From Candidatus Binataceae bacterium (GTDB taxonomy: Bacteria; Desulfobacterota; Binatia; Binatales; Binataceae), in the NCBI GenBank assembly GCA_963722605.1, contig CAVRNO010000002.1, forward strand, positions 548,090-612,089: a stretch of 64,000 nt of DNA. The letters are read 5' to 3'. The notes under the pieces were generated by a model. That model was not told the DNA's origin, did no database searches, and saw only the letters and a program-made list of their open reading frames with translations. The position numbers and the translations under genes were made by a program. Below, one piece after another: positions 20,515 through 31,231 of the stretch; the stretch's first letter is position 1; every line of letters begins with the position of its first letter.

Positions 20515-21326
20515 GTGACGCGGGACTATAATCAAGGCGTTATGGGTCGTATCGCAAATGCCCTGGCGGCCTTCGGGCTGGCGGCGGCTATCGCGGGATT
20601 GGCCTCCTGCGAGCCGGTGCAGAATCCTTATGGAACCGCCGGTGCGGCGAAAGTGGCGCCTGTGGGGATCTCGAGCCGCTCCAATTCGAGTCTGCCGCCG
20701 CCGTCGAGCGCGGGCACAGTTGCCGGCGGCACGATCGATTCGCCGGACAGCCAGGGTCTGTCCGATTATCTCAAGCATCACTCGCTGCCGCTGGTCGGGG
20801 CGCAAGTCGTCACCAGCCCGAGCGGCGGCAAGCAGGTAATTCTGTTCGGTTTCGTCGCAAGCGAGTTCGGCAAGGCTGACGCCGAGCAGAAGGCTCGCCG
20901 CTATCTGAACGATCCGTCGATGGTGGTGGACAACCGGATCAAGATCAGCCCTGAACTGGGCGGGGGCGGATCGACGGGCAACGGAGTTCCGTCCGCGAAT
21001 GGGGCGGCGCTGACGGCTCCGATCCGGGCGACGCGACCGGCTCGCTCCAGGATTATGAGAACAACGAACCGCCCGCCGCGCAGGCCTACCAGCAACAACG
21101 GCAGTATCAGCAGTATCAGCAATACAACAGCGCGCCGCCCAGCATGCTGAGCACCATCCTTCCGCTGCTGCTCGGCGGAGGCGTGTCGATGGGCAGCGGC
21201 GGCTTCGGCGGAGGTACGGGTGGATTCAGTTCCGGTTACGCGCCGGGTTACGGCAGTTACGGCTATCCAACTTATCCGCCGCCGATGCCGGGTTCCGGGT
21301 TCGGCGCGCCGGGATACCCCTACTGA
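20515..21326 (+). CDS. BON-domain lipoprotein with Q/Y-rich and G/Y-rich C-terminal tail; apparent frameshift near 21000
   Basis: Lipobox (LASC). BON-like segment (LKHHSLPLVGAQVV...VILFGFVASEFGKADAEQKARRYLNDPSMVVDNRIKIS). The tail (QAYQQQRQYQQYQQY...GGGVSMGSGGFGGGTGGFSSGYAPGYGSYGYPTYPPP) reads in the +1 frame and joins ORF 21144..21326. Confidence 0.5.
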
Positions 21327-21362
21327 TTGGGCCGCAGGCCGTCGATCGATCGGCCGCTCGTT

Positions 21363-22157
21363 CTATCTCGCCAGCTTGAACCGCTCGCCCAAGAACACCT
21401 GGCGCACTTCGTCGCTGGCGACGATGTCGCGCGGCTTGCCCTCGAACAAAATCTTGCCGGCGTGAATGATATAAGCGCGATCGATGATCGACAACGTCGC
21501 GTGCACGTTGTGATCCGACATGAGCACCCCGATGCCGCGCTCTTTGAGATAAGTTACGACGCGCTGAATCTCGATGACGGTGATCGGATCGATGCCGGCG
21601 AACGGCTCGTCGAGGCATAGGTACACCGGATCGAGCACGAGCGCGCGGGTGATTTCGACGCGGCGGCGTTCGCCACCGGAGACCACGCCCGCCTTGGACT
21701 TGGCCAGTTTGGCGATTCCGAGTTCGTCGAGCAGCGAATGAAGGCGGGCGTAACGCTCCTCTTCGGTAAGCGGCAGGGTTTCGAGCACGGCCAGCAGATT
21801 TTGCTCGACGGTCAGCTTGCGAAAGACGCTTGGCTCCTGCGGCAGGTAGGAAATCCCGCGGCGCGCGCGCTGGTAGAGCGGCAGAGTCGTGATGTCCTCG
21901 CCGCTGAACATCACTCGCCCGTGGTCGGGCTTGAGCAATCCGACCAGCATGTAGAAGGTGGTGGTCTTGCCCGCGCCGTTGGGTCCGAGGAACCCCACCA
22001 CCTCGCCCGGCTTGACGACTACGTTGACGTTGTCGACGACCGCGCGGCCGCCGTATACCTTGGTCAGGCCTTCACCGCGAAGGGCGAGCTTTTCGGCCTT
22101 TTCAGCCGTGGTGTTGTCGCCGATCTCGCCCGATTTAATGCTTCCGACGTTTGCCAT
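21363..22157 (-). CDS. lptB: LPS export ABC transporter ATP-binding protein
   Basis: Walker A (GPNGAGKTTTF), signature LSGGERRRVEI, and an LptB-type C-terminus (VRQVFLGERF). Confidence 0.85.
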   Translation of the reverse strand: MANVGSIKSGEIGDNTTAEKAEKLALRGEGLTKVYGGRAVVDNVNVVVKPGEVVGFLGPNGAGKTTTFYMLVGLLKPDHGRVMFSGEDITTLPLYQRARRGISYLPQEPSVFRKLTVEQNLLAVLETLPLTEEERYARLHSLLDELGIAKLAKSKAGVVSGGERRRVEITRALVLDPVYLCLDEPFAGIDPITVIEIQRVVTYLKERGIGVLMSDHNVHATLSIIDRAYIIHAGKILFEGKPRDIVASDEVRQVFLGERFKLAR

Positions 22158-22337
22158 TTTCGAACACCGCTTGGGTGACCATCCCAGAACTTATCGGCTT
22201 TGATCGGGATTTGGAACGTGTCGGTGCAATTAGCCGCGCGCCGTTCAAACACGATCGGGCGGCGCGCCGCGGCCGCTGTTATCGATGCGATCCAATTGCG
22301 GCTGTGCTAAATTGCGGCGCGATCGAGGAGGATCCCA

Positions 22338-22625
22338 ATGGTCAAAGGATTATGTTTCGCGAGCGGCGCCATCTTCGGAATCTTGCTTAGCTGTGCCGCG
22401 TGCATGCAGAGCCCGGCGTACAGCGGCGCCGGCTATTACGGTCCTCCTCCCGCACCTCCGCCCGGCAGCCATCCCGCAATCTCGCAAGCGATGAACGATC
22501 TGCAGCATGCGCGCTACGTGCTGCAGGCCGAGGCCGCAAGCGATTTCCGAGGGCATAAGGCCAACGCCGTCGGCTTCATCGACAATGCGCTCGGCGAATT
22601 GCAAATCTGCATGACGATGCCGTAG
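22338..22625 (+). CDS. small putative lipoprotein
   Basis: Signal peptide with lipobox (ILLSCAAC), Pro-rich linker. Confidence 0.4.
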   Translation: MVKGLCFASGAIFGILLSCAACMQSPAYSGAGYYGPPPAPPPGSHPAISQAMNDLQHARYVLQAEAASDFRGHKANAVGFIDNALGELQICMTMP

Positions 22626-22699
22626 CCGCGGCGCACGCGGCTGCTCCCGGGCGCGCTCCGAAGCGACCGGCGATCGGCGCTTTTGCGCGGCGCGATGGG

Positions 22700-23002
22700 A
22701 TGCTACTGGATAGGATCGTGGCCAACGAAAACGAATATGACAGCGAGCGCTTTCCCGGAAATTTCTACCAGGGGATGATTCTCACGCTCGACCGCGCCCG
22801 CGGCCGTGGCGTGGTGCGCTCGCATAGCGGCAAGGAGATCCCGTTCGAGTTTCCCTTCGTGGCCGTAGTGGGCGCGCCACTTGGCGGCAAGATGCCGGGG
22901 ATCGATCTGATCCGCGAAGGCGATATCGTGGGCTTCGATGTCGGCTGGACCTCGAAGGGACTGCGCATCACGACGCTCCATCCTCGGCAGGTGCAGGGGT
23001 GA
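22700..23002 (+). CDS. hypothetical protein (100 aa)
   Basis: ORF only. It ends ...RQVQG with the TGA at 23000..23002 inside repeat copy B. Confidence 0.4.
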   Translation: MLLDRIVANENEYDSERFPGNFYQGMILTLDRARGRGVVRSHSGKEIPFEFPFVAVVGAPLGGKMPGIDLIREGDIVGFDVGWTSKGLRITTLHPRQVQG

Positions 23003-23104
23003 CCCCTGGCCGTTGGCGGCGGCAGCGCAGTATTAAGCCGTTGGCAGGGGCCGCGCGCGACAACGGAGCGCGGCCCTAACGGTGGGTGCAGGGCTCAGCC
23101 CTGC
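22993..23104. repeat. REP/MITE-like composite palindromic element, copy B
   Basis: GCAGGGGTGACCCCTG core. It also has CAGTATTAAG, an inverted copy of the copy-A arm (GGCAGGGGCCGCGCGCGACAACGGAGCGCGGCCCTAA), and a terminal GTGCAGGGCTCAGCCCTGC palindrome. Confidence 0.7.
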
Positions 23105-23739
23105 TGCTGCTTGCGCTGGTACATCAGCCACTGCCTGACGCCCAAGGGGTAGAGCTCGCCCATGATTTCGTAGCCCTTGGAACTGTAGAACGCGACGTTG
23201 GCCTCGGTCCCGGTCTCGAGGTAAACGCCGGCTATCTCAGGCCGCACCAGTGCCTCCAGCGCGAGCCGGTCGAGCAACGCCTTTCCGTAGCCTTTGCCCT
23301 GAAAATCCGGATCGACCCCGAGGGTTTGCAGATACAGATGCGGCTCCTTGGGATGGTGCTGTGCAAGCACACCGACCATATTCATCGCGCGGACCATCCC
23401 GCCCCATCCGACTCCCCGAATCAACCGCGGCAACTGTGGCAGCCCGGCGGTGATCAACCCAAGCACGCCTGAATGGCCCACACCTTCGGTGGCCGCGGCG
23501 GCAACCACGCGTCCATTATGGACCACGCCGAAGACCGGCTGTCCGTTCCGACGCTCCACACCCAGCTGCGCGCGAAACATATCCGCCAGGTGCTCGGCGC
23601 GCGCGACCGGCTCGGTAATATCCGGAAGGATCGCCTTGAAGGCCGGGTCGTTGATGAAGGCGCGGCCGAGCGCGACGGCGGCCTGCTCGTGCTGCTCGGG
23701 GTACAGGCTGGTTACGATCGGTTTTCCATTTTCAGGCAT
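23095..23739 (-). CDS. GNAT family N-acetyltransferase
   Basis: Acetyl-CoA binding motif (LQTLGVDPDFQGKGYGKALL). The likely start is MPENGKPIV. It ends ...QQQG with the stop (TCA on +) at the centre of the GCAGGGCTCAGCCCTGC palindrome. Confidence 0.7.
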   Translation of the reverse strand: MPENGKPIVTSLYPEQHEQAAVALGRAFINDPAFKAILPDITEPVARAEHLADMFRAQLGVERRNGQPVFGVVHNGRVVAAAATEGVGHSGVLGLITAGLPQLPRLIRGVGWGGMVRAMNMVGVLAQHHPKEPHLYLQTLGVDPDFQGKGYGKALLDRLALEALVRPEIAGVYLETGTEANVAFYSSKGYEIMGELYPLGVRQWLMYQRKQQQG

Positions 23740-23817
23740 TTCTTTTTTTCCTCGATTCAATCCGACGGCCTGGTGAGAGCGCGCCCGACTGCGTCGCGCC
23801 ATCCGGCGAGCAATTCT

Positions 23818-25261
<1,444 letters not shown>

Positions 25262-25289
25262 CGTCGTATTCTCCCGCGCCAATGTTACA

Positions 25290-25367
25290 GCAGGGGTGAC
25301 CCCTGCACCCAGTATTAAGGCCGCCCGCCGTTGGCGGGCGCGACCCCTGCCAACGGTTTAATACTGC
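25290..25367. repeat. REP/MITE-like palindromic element, copy C
   Basis: GCAGGGGTGACCCCTGCACCCAGTATTAAGG...CCCCTGCCAACGGTTTAATACTG. The CAGTATTAA / TTAATACTG arms are inverted. It lies in the divergent glpK/gshA intergenic region. Confidence 0.7.
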
Positions 25368-25482
25368 GCCGCCGTCGCTCACGGCCCCCCCGCCCGCCTT
25401 GTGCTTGCCTCGTATGTTTGCTGACGCCATTATACCCGCTTGGCGGAGCCTCTTCTCAGGCAGTCGCGCTTGGCTTTGATTC

Positions 25483-26847
25483 ATGAGTGAGTTGCTCGAA
25501 AAGAAAGAGGATCTAATCCGCTACTTCCGGGATGGCGGCAAGCCGCGCGCAAAATGGCGGATCGGCACCGAGTACGAGAAAGTGCTGGTCCGCAGCGCCG
25601 ACGGCACCGCCATACCCTACTCCGGTCCCGCCGGCGTCGAGGAGCTACTGCGCCGGACGGCGGCCGGCTACGGCCTGGAGCCCGAAGACGAGCACGGCCA
25701 CATCATGGCGCTCAAGAGCGCGCGCGCGGCGATCACGCTGGAGCCGGGCGGTCAGATCGAGTTGTCCGGCGAGCAGTGCGACACGATCCATTGCGCCCAC
25801 GCAGAGTTTGCGCTCCACGTGCGCCAGCTAGTCGATGTAGCCGGCCAGATCGGCGCGACCGTGCTTGGGCTGGGGATGCAGCCTTTGAGCCGCATCGACC
25901 AGATCGAGCTGCTGCCCAAGGCCCGCTACCACATCATGTACCCGTACATGAAGCGCACGGGGACGCTCGGCCAGCGGATGATGAAGCAGACTGCGGGCGT
26001 GCAGGCCAACCTGGACTATAGCGACGAGGCCGACGCGATGCGCAAAATGCGGGTCAGCATGGGTATCGTGCCGATCCTCTACGCGATCTTCGCCAACTCA
26101 CCGCTGAGCGACGGCGGCCTCAACGGTTATCACAGTTTTCGCGGACACATCTGGACCGACACCGACAAGCAACGCACCGGGGTTCCCGAGTTCGTGTTTC
26201 GCCCCGGCTGTTCGTTCGAGGATTACGCCGAGTACGCGCTCGACGTGCCGATGTACTTCCTGATTCGCAACCATGAGTACATCGATCTCACCCCGCCGCC
26301 GGGCCTCACCTTCCGCCAATACTTGGCCCGCGGATACGGCGCCGAGCGCGCCACCGTTGACGACTGGACCAATCACCTGACCACGATTTTTACCGAGGTC
26401 CGGCTCAAGCAATACGTCGAGGTGCGCACCGCCGACAGCCAGCCGCCGGAGTTCATGCTCGCGCTGCCGGCCCTGCTCAAGGGGATGCTTTACAACGACG
26501 ATTGCCTCGAGGCAGCGTGGGACCTGGTCAAGGGATGGAGCTATCCGCAGCGCCTGGAAATCACGGACGCCGCTCATAAGATCGGGCTCGACGCCCGTGC
26601 CGGAAAAATCAAGCTGCAGGCGCTCGGCTACGAATTGCTCCAGATCGCGGCCAAGGGATTGGAGCGCCAACAGGCGTTGAACATTAGCGGCCAGGATGAG
26701 AGCATCTATTTGTTGCGCCTGATGGACCTGGTCCGCAGCGGCAATAGCCAGGCCAGTGTTGTAATCGGCCGCTGGAAGGGTGAATGGAACTACGACATGG
26801 GCCGTCTAGTGAAGGGATGCGCTTACAAGGCTGAATCGATCGTCTGA
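25483..26847 (+). CDS. gshA: glutamate--cysteine ligase, GCS2 (plant/proteobacterial) type
   Basis: GCS2 family similarity across ~450 aa (IGTEYEKVLV, HIWTDTDKQRTG, FTEVRLKQYVEVRTADSQ). Confidence 0.8.
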   Translation: MSELLEKKEDLIRYFRDGGKPRAKWRIGTEYEKVLVRSADGTAIPYSGPAGVEELLRRTAAGYGLEPEDEHGHIMALKSARAAITLEPGGQIELSGEQCDTIHCAHAEFALHVRQLVDVAGQIGATVLGLGMQPLSRIDQIELLPKARYHIMYPYMKRTGTLGQRMMKQTAGVQANLDYSDEADAMRKMRVSMGIVPILYAIFANSPLSDGGLNGYHSFRGHIWTDTDKQRTGVPEFVFRPGCSFEDYAEYALDVPMYFLIRNHEYIDLTPPPGLTFRQYLARGYGAERATVDDWTNHLTTIFTEVRLKQYVEVRTADSQPPEFMLALPALLKGMLYNDDCLEAAWDLVKGWSYPQRLEITDAAHKIGLDARAGKIKLQALGYELLQIAAKGLERQQALNISGQDESIYLLRLMDLVRSGNSQASVVIGRWKGEWNYDMGRLVKGCAYKAESIV

Positions 26848-27813
26848 ATGAAACTCAGGTTCACACAAATCCACGTCACGATTCTGAACTTCGTCCTGGT
26901 CGGAGGACTGGCGATCGTTCTGGCCATGTGCGTGCGGGACGTCATCGAGCGCAGCGTTTCAAACGAATCCGACGTTCCCGCCGTGTCGTCGGCCACGCCC
27001 AAGGCCGCGGGCGGCCTACGCGCGCGCGCCTACTACGACGCGATCGTCAAGCGTGACATCTTCAACGAGGTCCCGCAGGAGACCGGACCGGCGCCGGTGG
27101 TGGAAGAGGACCTGAATATCAAGCTGATCGGCACTTCGCTGCTGAGCAAATCGAAACCGTACGCGATAATCGAGGATCAGGCGAACAACGAATCGCTCTA
27201 CCAGGTGGGAGAGGACATCCCGGACGCGGGCAAACTGGTAGGCGTCGAAAACGGCCGCGCGATCATCGACCGCGGCGGCCATCGCGTCGCGCTTGAGATC
27301 CCCGCCGCCGACCTTCCCCAAGCGCCGCCTTCCGTCGTGGGCGGGCCGATTAAGCCGCCCCGGTTCAGAGGCCTTCCCGCTGCCATGCGGCGCGGGTTGC
27401 CCGGATTTCACCATCCTGGGCGCGGTAATAACGACGCCAAAAACGACGACAGCAGCGCCAGCAAGACCAAACTTGAGCTGAAGAAAGTCGGCCCCGGAAA
27501 ATTCCAGGCCAGCCGCGCCGACGTTCAGCAGACGATGGAGAATCCTGCCCAGTTCTTCTCGCAGATGCGCGCGATGCCCCATTTCGTCAACGGCAAGACC
27601 GACGGCTTCTCGATCTCCCAGGTCGCGCCCGGCTCCGTCTTCGACCAGCTAGGGCTGCAAAGCGGTGACCTGGTCACCTCGATCGACGGCAAGCCCGTGA
27701 CCAATCCAATGCAGGCGATGGTCCTGATGCAATCGATGAAAACCCAGTCGGCGCTCGACCTCACGATCAATCGCGGCGGCGCGCCGACCTCCGTTCATCT
27801 CGATCTGCGCTGA
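26848..27813 (+). CDS. GspC-like membrane-anchored PDZ-domain protein (type II secretion protein C-like)
   Basis: N-terminal TM helix, an HR-like segment (KPYAIIEDQANNESLYQVGEDIPDAGKLVGVENGRAIIDRGG) and a C-terminal PDZ-like segment (VAPGSVFDQLGLQSGDLVTSIDGKPV). No other gsp genes are in the window. Confidence 0.5.
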   Translation: MKLRFTQIHVTILNFVLVGGLAIVLAMCVRDVIERSVSNESDVPAVSSATPKAAGGLRARAYYDAIVKRDIFNEVPQETGPAPVVEEDLNIKLIGTSLLSKSKPYAIIEDQANNESLYQVGEDIPDAGKLVGVENGRAIIDRGGHRVALEIPAADLPQAPPSVVGGPIKPPRFRGLPAAMRRGLPGFHHPGRGNNDAKNDDSSASKTKLELKKVGPGKFQASRADVQQTMENPAQFFSQMRAMPHFVNGKTDGFSISQVAPGSVFDQLGLQSGDLVTSIDGKPVTNPMQAMVLMQSMKTQSALDLTINRGGAPTSVHLDLR

Positions 27814-27816
27814 GCG

Positions 27817-28881
27817 ATGGAACTCAGGGCTGCGCACCACGGCGAGCGCGACGAGGTGCTCGACCTGCTCGCGCGATGGTACAACGACCGCGAATTTTTC
27901 GCCCGCTACAACCATAACGATTCCCGCTTTCGCGATGCGTTGTGCATAGTCGCGCGCGACCGCGGCCAACTGGTTTCCACCGCCCAGATTTTCGATCGCA
28001 CCATCAATCTCGACGGGCAAGCGGTTCCGATGGGCGGCATCGGCTCCGTCTTCACCCTCGAGGAGTACCGGCACAAGGGCGTCGCCTCGGCATTGATGCG
28101 CCTGGCGGTCGATACGATGGTGCGCGAGGGCTTCGAAGTATCCCTGCTGTTCGCGGAGCGCCTGACCTTCTACAACCAGTTCGGATGGCGCGAGATCGAG
28201 CGCAAGTTCAGCCTCCTCGGCGGCGCCGCTTCACTGAACGCGCTCAATCGTTTCGTCATCGACAGTTTTGAGATTGGGCGCGACCTTGCCGAAGTTGCCG
28301 CGATCCATCGCGGCTACAGCGGCAAATTCAATGTCACCGCGGTCCGCGACGACGCCGCGTGGCGCGCGAATCTCAAATTCGCCGGCAATCAGCCGCTCGA
28401 TCCCGGCGAAGGCTCCGAGGAGTATTTCGTGGTGTGTCGCGACGGCCCGCGAATCGCGGCGTACGCGCGGGTGACGCGCTTTTACGGCCTCTCGATGGTG
28501 ATGGAGTTCGGATACGCCGCCGGCGCGGGTGACGCGATGCTCGCGACGTTCAAGTGCCTCGGCCAAGAGGCGGCCTGCCTGCCGGTCACGAGCCGGCGCA
28601 TCGGGGACCATCGGCGCGCCGCCCTGCTCCACAGCGCATCCGCGCCCGCGGAACCGTCGACTCTCGTCACCCATACCGCGCACGATCCCGCACTGGAAAA
28701 AGCGCTCGACGCCGCGGGATGCCCGGTCGTGCATCACACCGACAACTTTTACATGTGGCAGGTGCTTGCGCCCGATAAACTCGCGCGCCGGTTCGCGATC
28801 AAGCCGGAGGCGGCGTCAGCGCGCGCGTTCGATATCTTCGCCGATTCGCGATCCGTGTTCTGGACCGCCGACCGCTTCTGA
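27817..28881 (+). CDS. GNAT-domain acetyltransferase family protein (354 aa)
   Basis: GNAT core (GGIGSVFTLEEYRHKGVASALMRLAV) plus a ~200 aa C-terminal extension. Confidence 0.6.
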   Translation: MELRAAHHGERDEVLDLLARWYNDREFFARYNHNDSRFRDALCIVARDRGQLVSTAQIFDRTINLDGQAVPMGGIGSVFTLEEYRHKGVASALMRLAVDTMVREGFEVSLLFAERLTFYNQFGWREIERKFSLLGGAASLNALNRFVIDSFEIGRDLAEVAAIHRGYSGKFNVTAVRDDAAWRANLKFAGNQPLDPGEGSEEYFVVCRDGPRIAAYARVTRFYGLSMVMEFGYAAGAGDAMLATFKCLGQEAACLPVTSRRIGDHRRAALLHSASAPAEPSTLVTHTAHDPALEKALDAAGCPVVHHTDNFYMWQVLAPDKLARRFAIKPEAASARAFDIFADSRSVFWTADRF

Positions 28882-28996
28882 CCAATCATCCCGTCGCTGA
28901 CGGGCTTCCGCAAGCGCGCCGCTCGCCGCGGCACGAGTTGTTGGCTACTATGATTTCGCTCTTTCACTTTTTCACTTTTTTCACCTGGTCGATGGG

Positions 28997-30280
28997 TTGG
29001 GAGGTGGTATGATGCAAGCTTTTTCAGTTTCGTTGTCCAGCGAATCCGTCGCCGGTATTTCCGCCCGCCGCAAATTTCGCGGACGCTTTGGATTGATCGC
29101 AGCGACCATCGCGCTCGCCGCATTGACGTTGCCGCGCACTGCCCTTGCTGCGCGCCGTCGTCATGCAGCCGCCCCGGCCGCCGAAGATGAGAGCGCCGCC
29201 AGCGCGTCGAAGGCCGGCCTGCAGGGGCCTTACACCGAGGCATGCGTGCTCGAGCCCGTCACCGGCACGGTCATCTTCGAGGCCAACGATCACACACCGT
29301 GGCCGACCGCGTCGCTGGCCAAGATGATGCTCATGCTGATTGCCGCCGAAAAAATCCACGACGGCTCACTCAAGCTCGGCGACAATGTAACCACCTCGCG
29401 CAAAGCGGCCGAGATGGGCGGTTCGCAGGTCTATCTCAAGGAGGGCGAGACGTTTTCGCTGGACGACATGATGAAAGCGATCGTCGTCCACTCGGCCAAC
29501 GACGCGTCGGTGGCGGTCGCCGAATATATCGCCGGCTCGACTGACGCGTTCGTAGTGATGATGAACCAGAAGGCCGCCGCGCTCGGGATGAAGGACTCGC
29601 ACTACTACAACGTTCACGGTCTGCCGCCCGCGCGGGGAGAATCGGCCGACGTCGCCAGCGCCTACGACCAGGCAATTCTCGCGCGCGAGCTGCTCAAGTA
29701 TCCCGACGTGATCCGATGGTCGTCGATCGACACCGCGCCGTTTCGCGCCGGAACGTTCGAGCTGCGCAACACCAATCACCTGGTGCGGACGTATCCGGGA
29801 TGCGACGGGCTCAAGACCGGATTCTATGACAAGGCGGGGTTCAACGTGGTCGCAACCGCAAAACGCGGCGGGCTGAGGCTGGTCGCGGTGGTGCTCGGCA
29901 GCCAGCACAAGTTGACGAATTTCAAGGAAGCGGCCGAGATGCTTTCGCAGGGATTTCTCAACTACGAGATGCATTCGGTCGCAAAGAAAGGCATGCCGAT
30001 CGCGCAATCCGTCGCGGTCACCGGCGCCGAAAATCCCAGTATCAAGCCCGTTTGGGGCGCCGACGCAGGCGTCTTCGTCAAGCGTGGCGACGCGAACAAC
30101 GCGATCAAGGTGGATTACAATCTGCCGGCGTCAATCCAGGCACCGGTCAAGGCTGGCCAGCAGATCGGCACGGCCAACGTGACCGCCGGCGGCAAAACGG
30201 TGGCCACGATCGCGTTGCTCGCACCTTCCGACATCGCCAGGAAAGTCTCGCTGACTAAACGGATATTGGGGATATTCTGA
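28997..30280 (+). CDS. dacC: D-alanyl-D-alanine carboxypeptidase (peptidase S11, PBP5/6-like)
   Basis: SxxK (ASLAKMM), SxN (HSANDAS), KTG (KTGF). Signal peptide. Confidence 0.85.
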   Translation: MGGGMMQAFSVSLSSESVAGISARRKFRGRFGLIAATIALAALTLPRTALAARRRHAAAPAAEDESAASASKAGLQGPYTEACVLEPVTGTVIFEANDHTPWPTASLAKMMLMLIAAEKIHDGSLKLGDNVTTSRKAAEMGGSQVYLKEGETFSLDDMMKAIVVHSANDASVAVAEYIAGSTDAFVVMMNQKAAALGMKDSHYYNVHGLPPARGESADVASAYDQAILARELLKYPDVIRWSSIDTAPFRAGTFELRNTNHLVRTYPGCDGLKTGFYDKAGFNVVATAKRGGLRLVAVVLGSQHKLTNFKEAAEMLSQGFLNYEMHSVAKKGMPIAQSVAVTGAENPSIKPVWGADAGVFVKRGDANNAIKVDYNLPASIQAPVKAGQQIGTANVTAGGKTVATIALLAPSDIARKVSLTKRILGIF

Positions 30281-30370
30281 GTCCAAGCTGCCACGCTTTG
30301 CTCCGCGGGGACATTCTCGATTAGTTTCTCAAGCTCGTACCTGCTAGCCTTGAGCCTGTAGTTCCACCTG

Positions 30371-31165
30371 ATGATCCCCAAAGAAAAGTTTTACCGCGCC
30401 TATATGGATTTCTTCGAGATTGCGGAGCGCAAGCGCCGCTGGAATCTCTTCGAGGATGTCCCGTGGGACAAGCTTTCTCCCCGCGCCAATACCGAGGAAC
30501 GAGCGATCCGCATCGAAACCTATTGCGCCGAGGAGATGTACCTGCCGGACTACAACGCGGCCGGCATCAAGCTGGTGCGCGGCGTCTTTGGGCTCTCATG
30601 GTTTCAGACCGCGTGGAGCTACGAGGAATCGCGCCATGCACTCGTGTTCCGCGAGTACCTGCTCCGCTCCGGGATGCGCACGCAGGAGCAATTCGACAAT
30701 TTGGAGACCGACGTATTCTCGCGCTCGTGGAAGCTTCCGTTCACGACGCAGCGCCGGATGAGTTGCTACGGGGCGCTGCAGGAAGCGGCGACCTATCTCG
30801 CCTATCGCGCGCAAAAGGATCGCGCCGAACTGGAGAAAGACCCGACGCTCGAGGCAATTTTCTTCCTGGTCAGCCGAGACGAGGCCGCTCACGCCGGTTT
30901 CTACCGCGAGATGGTCACGATCGAGATGGCTGAAGACCGCACCGGCACGCTGGCGGACCTCGCGCACGTGATCGCGAATTTCAAGATGCCGGGGGACGGC
31001 CTGATTCCGAACTATCACGAAAACCTGAGAATCGGCGGCGGTGGTATCAGCCCGCGCCTGTTCTTCACCCGGGCAGTGCTTCCATTGCTCAAGAATTTGG
31101 GCACCAGCCGCGACGAACTCAAGCGCGCCGGCGCCGCAGCGCTTCCACTGCGGGCTGCGTCTTAG
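30371..31165 (+). CDS. acyl-ACP desaturase (soluble di-iron fatty-acid desaturase family)
   Basis: Two E..H di-iron motifs (WSYEESRHALVF, SRDEAAHAGFYREMV) in a ferritin-like fold, as in DesA-type desaturases. Confidence 0.75.
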   Translation: MIPKEKFYRAYMDFFEIAERKRRWNLFEDVPWDKLSPRANTEERAIRIETYCAEEMYLPDYNAAGIKLVRGVFGLSWFQTAWSYEESRHALVFREYLLRSGMRTQEQFDNLETDVFSRSWKLPFTTQRRMSCYGALQEAATYLAYRAQKDRAELEKDPTLEAIFFLVSRDEAAHAGFYREMVTIEMAEDRTGTLADLAHVIANFKMPGDGLIPNYHENLRIGGGGISPRLFFTRAVLPLLKNLGTSRDELKRAGAAALPLRAAS

Positions 31166-31231
31166 CAGACGCGACCCGGCGCGATATAGTTTGAGCCGGC
31201 AAACTCGCTGCTTGATGCCGACTCCATTGCG

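Noticed and set aside
21144-21326. Stand-alone 60 aa Gly-rich ORF as an independent gene.
   Set aside because: The same frame continues upstream without stops through a Q/Y-rich segment that joins the BON lipoprotein. A frameshifted C-terminal tail is more parsimonious.
25291-25299. The CAGGGGTGA of repeat copy C as another QG-stop gene end.
   Set aside because: The in-frame upstream sequence is only ...MLQQG* with no credible gene. glpK occupies the opposite strand.
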